Origin: an uncultured Bacteroidales bacterium
Lineage (GTDB): Bacteria; Bacteroidota; Bacteroidia; Bacteroidales; WCHB1-69
Direction: 5' to 3'
Assembly (NCBI GenBank): GCA_947167635.1
Contig: CAMVIT010000002.1
Span: 8,754-72,753 of the forward strand
DNA length: 64,000 nucleotides
Both the position numbers and the translations under genes were made by a program. Positions 37,131 to 45,808 of the stretch are shown piece by piece (positions within the stretch are counted from its first letter, which is position 1; each line of letters begins with the position of its first letter). The notes under the pieces were generated by a model, which saw only the letters and a list, made by a program, of their open reading frames with translations, searched no databases and was not told the origin of the DNA.

Positions 37131-38795
37131 TCAGTGTCCGCCGGGGCCTTGGCCGCCGCCCGTATAGGACGAGAGGGAAACAGATGATCCGCCGCTCACG
37201 GAGCCTTCCTGTATCAACATGCCTTCAAAATAGGAGACGCCCCCTGACACGCTCACACCCGATAACAAGGTCGGGGTGGAGGCGCCGGAGACGACAAGCG
37301 GCGTGCCACCGCTGGCAGGTGTCTTGAAAGCGTAAGTGTTTGATCCGACGGTCATGGCATACATGGTGTTTGGCGACCAGCTGGAAGACGAGTAGCAACT
37401 TTGCGTCAAAGAGGCCCCTCTTTCAAGACCGCCGATGGCGATGACGGTACCGCCCTCCAGGTAGAGTTTCTTGCCTTCCTCGGAGTTGGCATCAATGGCC
37501 ACTTCGGGTGAGCGGGCACTTATGGCATATATCACGCCCCCTTGGATGTGGAAATCGCCATTGGCATCGAGCGCATCGTTGTTGGTTGATCGCCCGTAAA
37601 CGTAGCCGCCTGTGATCGTGAAGTCGCCAGACGAATTGATGGCATCATCGTAGGACTGGCTAAATACGATGCCATCGCTGATGACAATGGCCCCTTTGGA
37701 TTCAATGCCCTCACTTGACGTGCAGTGGACTGTCACCGAACTGCCTGCGAAGGCAATGTCGCCATCCATCTTGATGCCTTTGGCGGAAATGTCGCCGGTC
37801 GTGTAGTCGGAACCCGCGGCCGTGATGCTGACTTCACCACCATAAAAGTAACCCTTGCCATCACAGTTGATGCCCTTGCCGCCGGCGCCGGAATTGGTGA
37901 TGGCCAGTTTTCCGCCATTCATGGTGAAGGTGACGTCGGCTTTCACGCCCGAGGTGCCGGAGTAATCCATTGTCTCACTGTCGTATGCCGCACTGCCGGT
38001 AATCGTGACTGTCGTGGAGCCCCCGTCGATACGCACATAATTGTCTGAGCTGAGACCGTTTTTCATGGCCGCCGACACCGACACGTCGAGGGTGCCGTTT
38101 GAGATGAAAAGATAGTCTTTGCCGCGCATACCGTGCCCGGCGGACGAGCTGACATGCAGGGTCGGATTCGACATCACAAGAACGGAGGCGTCTGAGGTGA
38201 TGCCCGCCTTGCCCGTGGCGGTCACGGTCAAGGCGCCGCCGCCGCAAAGGATGAGCTGCCCCTCGGCAAAGAGGGCAGCCTTCTCGTCCTCACTCGTCGG
38301 GGTGTCTGTGTACAGGGTGCCGTCTGCCAGCATATTGCTGCCTTTGACGACAATATAGGTGGCCTCGCCATCCGCCGGTGAGGAGAGCGGCCCCTGCAAA
38401 TTAATGGCGGCGCCGTTGCGGTTGGTGATGCTCACGGAGTTGAGCTCCAAGGCCTGCATTTGGGCACTGTAAATCTTGAAGAAACCATCGGTAGTGGTGC
38501 CGGACAGGGCATATTTCACTTTCTCATCGCCCGAGTAAGCAATGGTGACGTCATTGCCATTGATGGTCACGGTGAAATCGGCGGTGGTATTCTCAACGGT
38601 AGCACTGCCACTCGTGGAGAATATCACAGATACAGTACGGGTGAACTGTGTGTCGTCAATGTAACTTTCGAACACAGTTGTGTCTGTCTCACTGACGGGA
38701 TCCACGAATATGATGTTGTCGTGGCCACAACTGGTGGCAAACAACAAAAGTCCGATGACTACCGACAAAACAAGCGGGATTTTATTCGCAAACAT
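37131..38795 (-). CDS. Cthe_2159/DUF4353-family beta-helix carbohydrate-binding lipoprotein
   Basis: Lipobox ATSC; repeating G-rich strands (LSGT..DG, EDEKAALFAEGQL, EGIESK, DDAINS, NDALDANG). -7 box at 38836-38843. Confidence 0.85.
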   Translation of the reverse strand: MFANKIPLVLSVVIGLLLFATSCGHDNIIFVDPVSETDTTVFESYIDDTQFTRTVSVIFSTSGSATVENTTADFTVTINGNDVTIAYSGDEKVKYALSGTTTDGFFKIYSAQMQALELNSVSITNRNGAAINLQGPLSSPADGEATYIVVKGSNMLADGTLYTDTPTSEDEKAALFAEGQLILCGGGALTVTATGKAGITSDASVLVMSNPTLHVSSSAGHGMRGKDYLFISNGTLDVSVSAAMKNGLSSDNYVRIDGGSTTVTITGSAAYDSETMDYSGTSGVKADVTFTMNGGKLAITNSGAGGKGINCDGKGYFYGGEVSITAAGSDYTTGDISAKGIKMDGDIAFAGSSVTVHCTSSEGIESKGAIVISDGIVFSQSYDDAINSSGDFTITGGYVYGRSTNNDALDANGDFHIQGGVIYAISARSPEVAIDANSEEGKKLYLEGGTVIAIGGLERGASLTQSCYSSSSWSPNTMYAMTVGSNTYAFKTPASGGTPLVVSGASTPTLLSGVSVSGGVSYFEGMLIQEGSVSGGSSVSLSSYTGGGQGPGGH

Positions 38796-38925
38796 GAAAT
38801 ACTACGTTTATATATAGCCTTGTTTTTAAGAAGGGCAAAAATACAAAAAAAACGCAACGATACATTTCGTTGAAAATCAAATGGAAACAAATCTCAGCGA
38901 GGGCTTCGGGAAAGCCAGGAAAGAG

Positions 38926-40527
38926 TCACTTCATATCCACCCAGACAACTGTGCTGTCTAAGTCTGCGTCAACGGACCATGGATTTTTGACCACGGCAAT
39001 CGTTTTGCCAGCCTCTTGCAGCTCGTGAAGCACTGACATGGGCGGCAACTCAGTGTAACACTGTCGATTGCTATAGAACATGGCTGAAATGCAACTGGTG
39101 TAGTCTTCCTTTGACAAGGAGGGACTTTTGACACAGAACACCATGCAATTCTCGGGCAATTCCTTATCCCAACGTTTGTAATATTCCACATTATCTTTGA
39201 GGAGTTGGAAATATATAGGAAAGGACTCCTTGTAAAAATAGCGGTAATTGGTGCTATATAGACAAAAGGCGACGCAGAGCACGGCGGTCAGCAGTGTACG
39301 AAAGGTCTTGTGACGCATCTTTTGCAGGAGAGAGCGATCCAAGGCGGAGAGTACACACCCGATGGCCATGAATCCGATGAAACAGAGCACAAAAGTGAAC
39401 GACGGCATCTTGGTGGTCGCCAGGCTGAAAAACAGAAACACGAACAGCAGGACGGAAATCAGTGTCAGCCAGTGACTGCGGGTGCGGGCCGCGCGTATGG
39501 ATATCACCAGCCCGATTGCCAGCACCACATAGCATAAAATGGTGTGGAAATCCCAGAGGAAACGGATGTTATAGATGACGGGGCCGCGCCCGAAGTACTG
39601 CATGGGCAGCACCATAAGGTAAAAGGTGGCTTTACCGGTATGGTCTTCGACTGCCTGGCCGAGATGCTGGAAATTGTAGAAAAGTTCTTGCCGTGCAAGG
39701 TCTGGGAATCGATGGAGGCAATATACTTGCCATGGTACGGCAATCAGCAGGGTAACGCACAGGGCGGCAAACAGATGCCCCCATTTCCATTGGCGCAGCC
39801 GGAAACCGTACTCGAACAGCAGATAGCAGCCCCACACCAAATAGAGGAGCAATCCTACCAGCCACTTCGTGAGGATGGCGCAACCGGCGAGACCGCCCGC
39901 CAACAAGGCCCATCCCCACTGTTCGCGCCCTCGGTGCACATATTCCATGAACGCCCAAACAGATGCGGAAACGTAAAACAGGAAGCACACGTCGTTGTGG
40001 TCGGTGCTCATCATGCCCGAAGTCAACTGTACGAGATACCAGGAAGCCGCCACTGCCAACCCCGTGAAGTAAGCGATGTCGCGACGGTTTGTGAGCAGAT
40101 GTGCCATCCGGTAGAATAGGGGAATGAGCAACGTACTCATCACGACCGAAGGAAGCCGCAAGGATAGTAATGAAACTCCAAAGATTTTGAACGAGAGCGC
40201 AATCTGCCAGAGGAACAGAGGCTGCTTGTGCAACCAGATGTAACTGCCGCACCAATTGCTGTAGTCGTGGCCAGGTACAACAGGTTCATCGTACATCATC
40301 GGCAAGAAGGGGTGCTCCATGCAGTTTTTGGCAACCAGCGCATGATACTGTTCATCCCAAAGGTTCAAGTAGGGGAATAGTTGGGCAGCCATGAAGTAAA
40401 GAAAGAATCCCCCGACAGTCAAAAATAACAATGACCATCTTTCCCAACGTTCTCTGCAACAAGCAGACAAAAATATGAAGAGAAGAGAGAGGGAAAAGAA
40501 TAAGATATGTGTGGTTGATAGTGTCAA
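38926..40527 (-). CDS. ArnT/PMT-like (GT39/GT83) membrane glycosyltransferase
   Basis: WDEQYHALVAKN, HKQPLFLW, LRLPS, ILTKW, PW; more than 10 TM helices. Start inferred at TTG 40527 after the -7 box at 40547-40554. Confidence 0.85.
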   Translation of the reverse strand: MTLSTTHILFFSLSLLFIFLSACCRERWERWSLLFLTVGGFFLYFMAAQLFPYLNLWDEQYHALVAKNCMEHPFLPMMYDEPVVPGHDYSNWCGSYIWLHKQPLFLWQIALSFKIFGVSLLSLRLPSVVMSTLLIPLFYRMAHLLTNRRDIAYFTGLAVAASWYLVQLTSGMMSTDHNDVCFLFYVSASVWAFMEYVHRGREQWGWALLAGGLAGCAILTKWLVGLLLYLVWGCYLLFEYGFRLRQWKWGHLFAALCVTLLIAVPWQVYCLHRFPDLARQELFYNFQHLGQAVEDHTGKATFYLMVLPMQYFGRGPVIYNIRFLWDFHTILCYVVLAIGLVISIRAARTRSHWLTLISVLLFVFLFFSLATTKMPSFTFVLCFIGFMAIGCVLSALDRSLLQKMRHKTFRTLLTAVLCVAFCLYSTNYRYFYKESFPIYFQLLKDNVEYYKRWDKELPENCMVFCVKSPSLSKEDYTSCISAMFYSNRQCYTELPPMSVLHELQEAGKTIAVVKNPWSVDADLDSTVVWVDMK

Positions 40528-40559
40528 AACGAATTTATTTAGGATGCAAAAATACAAAA

Positions 40560-41186
40560 AATAATATGTGGTTGAGAATTGCATTTTGGAAACAGAATCG
40601 TATCTCGCGTCAAAATAATCGATTCTCCACAAAACGGAAAATATGAAATACCGTAGCAATGGCTTAATACGATATGTGTATAAATGGATAAAATAAAAAA
40701 TGAAACAATTATACAAATGTAAAAACACGAATGCAACCGTACATACAAATGTACTCAATCAACAAAGCCAAGAATTTACAATTATAAATTACAGATACCA
40801 CAGGATTCACATAAAGATATTTTTTTCTGCGACTTGTTTGATTCCCAAACTTGATTTTATGATTGTCCATTAAATTTTATATTTATCATTGATTATCTGA
40901 TTGATTTTCAATATAAATACAATTGATATATAATGTTTTACATCAGATAAAAACTTATTTTTACTAACAAGATTTAATTTTCATTATTCTTTATAATTAA
41001 ATAAGTGTATTTCATATAATTATATCTTTTTTTCTAATGTAAAGATGTTGAATTTTATAAACATTTTTCAAAACAATATTTTTTGAGGGAATTGATTTAA
41101 TATTGTAACTTATTACAGGGTATTTCGTATGTATATTTTGCGCACTCATTAGTTTTGATACAATTATAAATAGAAAATGATATAAT
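40560..41186. other. Long, very AT-rich non-coding region with repeated motifs
   Basis: Abrupt drop in GC. ATACAAATGTA twice (40711, 40743), TACAATTATAAAT twice (40777, 41159), TGTGTATAA (40675-40683) and palindrome TGTAA-CTTA-TTACA (41104-41117). Confidence 0.8.
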
Positions 41187-41765
41187 ATGGTTGACAGAAT
41201 TAAACGGATTCTTGAGTATTCACAAATGTCAACATCTGCTTTTGCAGATAAGATTGACATCAGTAGATCCAGTTTGGCACATATCTTTGCCGGGCGAAAT
41301 CAGCCAAGCTTGGATGTCGCCAAGAAGATTCTCGTGGCGTTTCCGGAAATCTCAACGGAATGGTTGATTATGGGTATGGGAAATATGTTGCAGAGTGTTC
41401 CGGTGCAATCCGTCGCCCAAGCATCGGCAACGGTACCATCGGATGCTCCATCACCAACGCAGTTTGATTTGTTTGCTGGGGCTTCGGAGTCGGATACAGA
41501 GGATAAAAACACCACTCCATTGGATTCCAACTCTATGGAAAGTGTTGATAACGAGAATATTAATTCATCGGAGGCTTCTGTTTTGACACAAGATTTGGTA
41601 CAAAAACCGCAGATACGAGCTAAGGTGCGTGCCTCAGAAACCAATATTTCGGCCCGAGAATCGAAACGAGACCGAAATATCAATTCTCGGGGCGATAAGA
41701 AAGTTGTTCAAATTGTCTTCTTTTACGAAGACAGGAGTTTTGAGGTTTATACGCCTTCGCGCTAA
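41187..41765 (+). CDS. XRE-family HTH DNA-binding protein with low-complexity linker and conserved C-terminal motif
   Basis: AFADKIDISRSSLAHIFAGRNQPSLD, EWLIMG.GNM; C-terminal KKVVQIVFFYEDRSFEVY. Confidence 0.9.
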   Translation: MVDRIKRILEYSQMSTSAFADKIDISRSSLAHIFAGRNQPSLDVAKKILVAFPEISTEWLIMGMGNMLQSVPVQSVAQASATVPSDAPSPTQFDLFAGASESDTEDKNTTPLDSNSMESVDNENINSSEASVLTQDLVQKPQIRAKVRASETNISARESKRDRNINSRGDKKVVQIVFFYEDRSFEVYTPSR

Positions 41766-41769
41766 AAAT

Positions 41770-41805
41770 AAAAACGGGATGACATGATTGCCATCCCGTT
41801 TTTTT
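41770..41805. terminator. Bidirectional intrinsic terminator
   Basis: AAAAACGGGATG...CATCCCGTTTTT between the convergent HTH gene and hbd. Confidence 0.85.
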
Positions 41806-41834
41806 ACGGATACGCCATATTGCGGCGTATGTAC
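41805..41834. repeat. Short REP-like palindrome
   Basis: ATACGCC-ATATTGC-GGCGTAT. Its reverse complement shares TACATACGCC with 25068-25077. Confidence 0.5.
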
Positions 41835-42670
41835 TAGTATTTATAGAATCCTTCGCCAGTCTTACGGCCGAGAAGTCCGGCGCGCACCATCTTGCGTAAC
41901 AGCGGGTGCGGGCGGTACTTCGGGTCGCCGAATTCTTTGTAGAGCACCTCCATGATGGCCAGATTCACGTCGTTGCCGATAAGGTCGGCCAAGGCGAGCG
42001 GACCCATGGGATGGTTGGCGCCCAGCATCATGCATTTGTCGATGTCCTCGGCGGATGCGATGCCGTCGGCCAAAATGCCGACCGCCTCGTTGATCATCGG
42101 GATGAGGATGCGGTTGACGACAAATCCGGGAGCCTCGTTAACGGGTACGGGCGTCTTGCCGATCTGGGTGGTGAGGTCGATGATGGTTTGGCTCACCTCT
42201 TCGGAGGTCAGCTGGCCCTTGATGACTTCCACCAGCGCCATGCGGTCGGCGGGATTGAAGAAGTGGCAGCCGATGAACTGTGAAGGACGGCTCGTGCAAG
42301 CTGCTATTTCCGTGATGGAAAGCGATGAAGAGTTGGTGGCGAAGATGGTCTCCGGCTTGCAAATCTTGTCGAGTTCCATGAAAACGTCCTTTTTGAGCTG
42401 CATGTCCTCCACAGCGGCCTCAATGACGAGATCGGCATCGGCGAACGTGGCATAGTCGGTCGTGGTGGTGATGTTCTTCAAGATGGCATCCATGGCCTCT
42501 TGCGTGATTTTGCCTTTTTCTACGAGTTTACCGTAGGATTTGGAGATAGACCCCATGGCCTTGTCCAAGCTGGCCTGGGTTCTGCTTTTCATGACTACCG
42601 GCATCTTGGCGGCGAAAGCCTTGACGATGCCCTTTGCCATGGTTCCTGTGCCTATAACACAAATTTTCAT
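41834..42670 (-). CDS. hbd: 3-hydroxybutyryl-CoA dehydrogenase
   Basis: [62 protein letters not shown]. Confidence 0.95.
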   Translation of the reverse strand: MKICVIGTGTMAKGIVKAFAAKMPVVMKSRTQASLDKAMGSISKSYGKLVEKGKITQEAMDAILKNITTTTDYATFADADLVIEAAVEDMQLKKDVFMELDKICKPETIFATNSSSLSITEIAACTSRPSQFIGCHFFNPADRMALVEVIKGQLTSEEVSQTIIDLTTQIGKTPVPVNEAPGFVVNRILIPMINEAVGILADGIASAEDIDKCMMLGANHPMGPLALADLIGNDVNLAIMEVLYKEFGDPKYRPHPLLRKMVRAGLLGRKTGEGFYKY

Positions 42671-42703
42671 AACAATAGGGTTTATAAAAGGGTTAGACAA
42701 TGA

Positions 42704-43480
42704 TTATTCGTTGGTGAAATGGGCCTCCGTCTTGGTCAGGAAGGCGGTCATGCCAGCTTTTTGGTCCTTGGTGGCAAAGCACTTGCCGAACATTTCGTTT
42801 TCGTATGCGATAGCCGGGTCCGCGGCAAGGTCGTACTCCTCGTTGATGCACTGTTTGGCGTAGCGGACGGCGATGGGGGCGTTTTTGACGATGCGTGCGG
42901 CAAGTGCCCTCGCCTCGTCCATCAGCTGCTCAGGTTCGTAAACGGAGTTTACCAGCCCGATGCGCAATGCCTCGTCAGCCTTGATGGCGCGGCCGGTGTA
43001 GATCAGTTCCTTGGCAGCGCCCATGCCGACAATCTTGGCCAACCGGTAGGTGCCGGAGAAGCCCGGGATGATGCCCAAGCCCACTTCGGGTTGGCCGAAC
43101 TTGGCTCTGTTGGAGGCGATGCGGATGTCGCAGGACAAAGCCAGCTCGCAGCCGCCGCCGAGGGCGAAGCCGTTCACTGCGGCGATCACGGGGATGGGCA
43201 GCGTCTCGATCTTGCGGAACACCTGTGCCCCCAGTTTGCCAAAGGAAACGCCTTCGGGTTCTGTCAGGTTCTGCATCTCCGAGATGTCGGCGCCTGCCAC
43301 AAACGACTTCTCACCGTCGCCTGTGATGATGAGGACGCGAACGGAGGGGTCTATGTGGTCGAGAAAATCGCCCAGCTCCTTCAAAATGGTGGAGTTGAGG
43401 GCATTGAGAGATTTCGGAGCCGAGATGGCCAGCGTGCAGATATTATCGCTTGTGCTGATTTTCAAAAAATTGTATTCCAT
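42704..43480 (-). CDS. crt: Crotonase / short-chain enoyl-CoA hydratase
   Basis: LNALN, SFVAGADI, AVNGFALGGGCELA, FGQPEVGLGIIPGF.GT. -7 box at 43507-43514. Confidence 0.92.
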   Translation of the reverse strand: MEYNFLKISTSDNICTLAISAPKSLNALNSTILKELGDFLDHIDPSVRVLIITGDGEKSFVAGADISEMQNLTEPEGVSFGKLGAQVFRKIETLPIPVIAAVNGFALGGGCELALSCDIRIASNRAKFGQPEVGLGIIPGFSGTYRLAKIVGMGAAKELIYTGRAIKADEALRIGLVNSVYEPEQLMDEARALAARIVKNAPIAVRYAKQCINEEYDLAADPAIAYENEMFGKCFATKDQKAGMTAFLTKTEAHFTNE

Positions 43481-43540
43481 AAGTTTTCAGTTTCAAAAAG
43501 AGCTTGCAAAGATAAAAAAAATATGCGAAGGCTGTTGTTG

Positions 43541-44041
43541 TCAGCCGATGTATTTCTCGTAAGCCATTCGTTTGCCGTCGCGCACCTGCACGATGCCGCA
43601 AAGGGTGAAACCACAGCCCCGTATCAAGTTGCGCATGTGGTGGTTGCCCTGATGGGTGTCGATGCGGAAATATGTCACATGCCGGCGCGTCGCCCGCCGT
43701 TCAGCGTCCTTCATGAGATGCTTGGCCACGCCGCGCCGTGTGTGCCCGTCGCGCACAGCAATGCGATGCACCACCACGTATGGACTGTCCGACAGCCAAC
43801 GCCCGTCTATGTGCGCGTAGGTGGGCTCTTCACGGAAAATGACGGCGGCGTATGCTATGATCGCGTCACCCTCCACCATGACAATACCCTCTTTGTTAGC
43901 AATATCCGCACGGATGGCCTCCTCGTTGGGATAGCCGTCCTGCCACTGGCTGATGCCCAGCCGGCGGATGCGCTCCTTGGCGTGGGCGATGATGGTCATG
44001 ATGTCGGGAATATCCGTTATACGCGCTTGTCGTGTATGCAT
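43541..44041 (-). CDS. GNAT family N-acetyltransferase
   Basis: QWQDGYPN, VVHRIAV....RRGVA, RIDTH..N..M, GF..CG. Start at 44041. Confidence 0.9.
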   Translation of the reverse strand: MHTRQARITDIPDIMTIIAHAKERIRRLGISQWQDGYPNEEAIRADIANKEGIVMVEGDAIIAYAAVIFREEPTYAHIDGRWLSDSPYVVVHRIAVRDGHTRRGVAKHLMKDAERRATRRHVTYFRIDTHQGNHHMRNLIRGCGFTLCGIVQVRDGKRMAYEKYIG

Positions 44042-44046
44042 GAAAA

Positions 44047-44415
44047 TTACTTTTTGAAGATGAAATAAACGGCCAAAATGAGAAAAATGAAGCCAATCAA
44101 GTGATTCAGACGCATGGGCTCCGATTTGAACAACACCAGTGTGAAGATGGTGAAAACGGTCAAGGTGACGGCTTCCTGGATGACTTTCAGCTGCCACAGA
44201 CTGAAGGGGCCGCCATTCTCGATGAACCCCATCCGGTTGGCAGGAATCATGAAACTGTATTCAACACCCGCCACCAGCCAGCTCAACAGGATGATGAGGG
44301 GCAATGACAATTTGGAAAACCACGGGTAACTTTGCAATTTCAAGTTGCCATACCATGCAAATGTCATGAACACGTTGGAACATAAAAGCAATAAAACGCA
44401 ATATAATCCTCTCAT
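44047..44415 (-). CDS. DMT-superfamily small membrane protein (DUF486)
   Basis: SNVFMTFAWYG.L, EY..MIPANR.G, QLKVIQE. Confidence 0.88.
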   Translation of the reverse strand: MRGLYCVLLLLCSNVFMTFAWYGNLKLQSYPWFSKLSLPLIILLSWLVAGVEYSFMIPANRMGFIENGGPFSLWQLKVIQEAVTLTVFTIFTLVLFKSEPMRLNHLIGFIFLILAVYFIFKK

Positions 44416-44439
44416 TATTGATGTATATCTAATATTAGA

Positions 44440-45798
44440 TCAATGTTTTAATTTCTTGACAAAGAGTTGGGAATTCTCGAATTTTTCCACAACAACGGGG
44501 TCTCCTTTTTCAATAAGCCCGTGTTCCGAGGTGGCTTCGATGATTTCGCCATCGATGTTGACCTTGCCGGCGGGGCGCATGAAAGTGGCGGCAACACCAG
44601 TTTTGCCCACATGGTTTTGCATCGACATATCTTGCGCCACGAAGCCCTTGTCGGCATCCATGCGGGTGTTGAGGGCCATGGTGCCAAATGGCGTCTGCGC
44701 GGTGATGAGCTTCTTGCCCAGCCAGATGGAGAGAAAGAATCCGGCGGTAGTCGCAACGACCACGATGGCCGTGCTTTTGCCCACTTGGGTGACCGCGTCC
44801 AGATCGGGGTTGAAGTTGAACTTGAAGCCGATATTGAAGACCATGGTGAGGATGAAGGCTGTCAATACCAACACGATGCCGGAGATGCCTGCCACACCGA
44901 AACCGGGGATGACGAATATTTCCAACATGATCAGGATTACGCCGATAACGAAGAGCAAGATCTCCCAGTGGGCAGCCAATCCCTCCAGGTAATGGGGCGC
45001 GAAAAAGAGCATCGCGGCCAGGATGGCGATGGCCAACGGGAATCCGATGCCGGGCGACTGGAGTTCGAAGTAGAGGCCGCCCACGATGCACATGATGAGC
45101 AGGCCGCTGACAGCGGGATTGACCAGGAAGTTGATCACCTTGTCGATCCAGGAGAGTTCCTGTTCCACCCATTCGTAATGTTCGATGCCGGCAGCGCTCA
45201 GAACCTCTTCACGGCTTTCGACCTCGCCTTCGCAGTAGCCGTTGCGGACAGCCTCCTCCGGCGTGAACGTGAGCACTTTGCCCTTTTCGCTAATCCCCTT
45301 GATCTCCACGTCTGGATCGACCATGGCCTGCGCAATGTCCGGGTTGCGACCGTTTGTCTCCGCCGTGGAGCGCATCAGGGAGCGCATGTACGATTGGTAT
45401 TTGTCGGGCATGATTTCGCCATTCTGGTTCACTACGGAAGCCGCGCCCAACGAGGCTCCCGGTGCCATGTAAATGCTGTCGCACGCGATGGAAATCAGTG
45501 CACCCGCCGATGCCGCATTGTTGTTGACAAATACCAATGTCGGCATCGGGGCGTTCAATAGCGTTGTCCTGATTTTGTCTGCAGCCTCCAACTCGCCGCC
45601 GAAAGTGTTGAGTTCCAAAAACAGGTAGTCCGCATGGGCTTCCTGCGCTGACTCCAACGCCTTTTCGGTGTTCCGTTGGGCGGGCTTTGCGATATTGTCG
45701 TCGATTTTGTAATAGAAGACCTTGACATTGTCCTGTGAGAACAACATTATGGGGATCCACAAGACAACCGTGCATATAAATGTTCGAAAAGCGTTCAT
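44440..45798 (-). CDS. NfeD family membrane-bound serine protease (ClpP-like domain + TM + OB domain)
   Basis: LNTFGG, NAASAGALIS.ACD.IYM, ELQSPGIG, EIFVIPGFG, MRPAGK. Confidence 0.9.
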   Translation of the reverse strand: MNAFRTFICTVVLWIPIMLFSQDNVKVFYYKIDDNIAKPAQRNTEKALESAQEAHADYLFLELNTFGGELEAADKIRTTLLNAPMPTLVFVNNNAASAGALISIACDSIYMAPGASLGAASVVNQNGEIMPDKYQSYMRSLMRSTAETNGRNPDIAQAMVDPDVEIKGISEKGKVLTFTPEEAVRNGYCEGEVESREEVLSAAGIEHYEWVEQELSWIDKVINFLVNPAVSGLLIMCIVGGLYFELQSPGIGFPLAIAILAAMLFFAPHYLEGLAAHWEILLFVIGVILIMLEIFVIPGFGVAGISGIVLVLTAFILTMVFNIGFKFNFNPDLDAVTQVGKSTAIVVVATTAGFFLSIWLGKKLITAQTPFGTMALNTRMDADKGFVAQDMSMQNHVGKTGVAATFMRPAGKVNIDGEIIEATSEHGLIEKGDPVVVEKFENSQLFVKKLKH

Positions 45799-45808
45799 GT
45801 TCTGTTCT

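Noticed and set aside
40528-40758. 77-aa N-terminal extension of the ArnT-like ORF
   Set aside because: It is low-complexity F/Y/I-rich translation of AT-rich DNA lying across and upstream of the -7 box at 40547-40554.
40900-41030. dif site in the AT-rich region
   Set aside because: No convincing XerD arm (TTATGTTAAAT-like) was found by eye.
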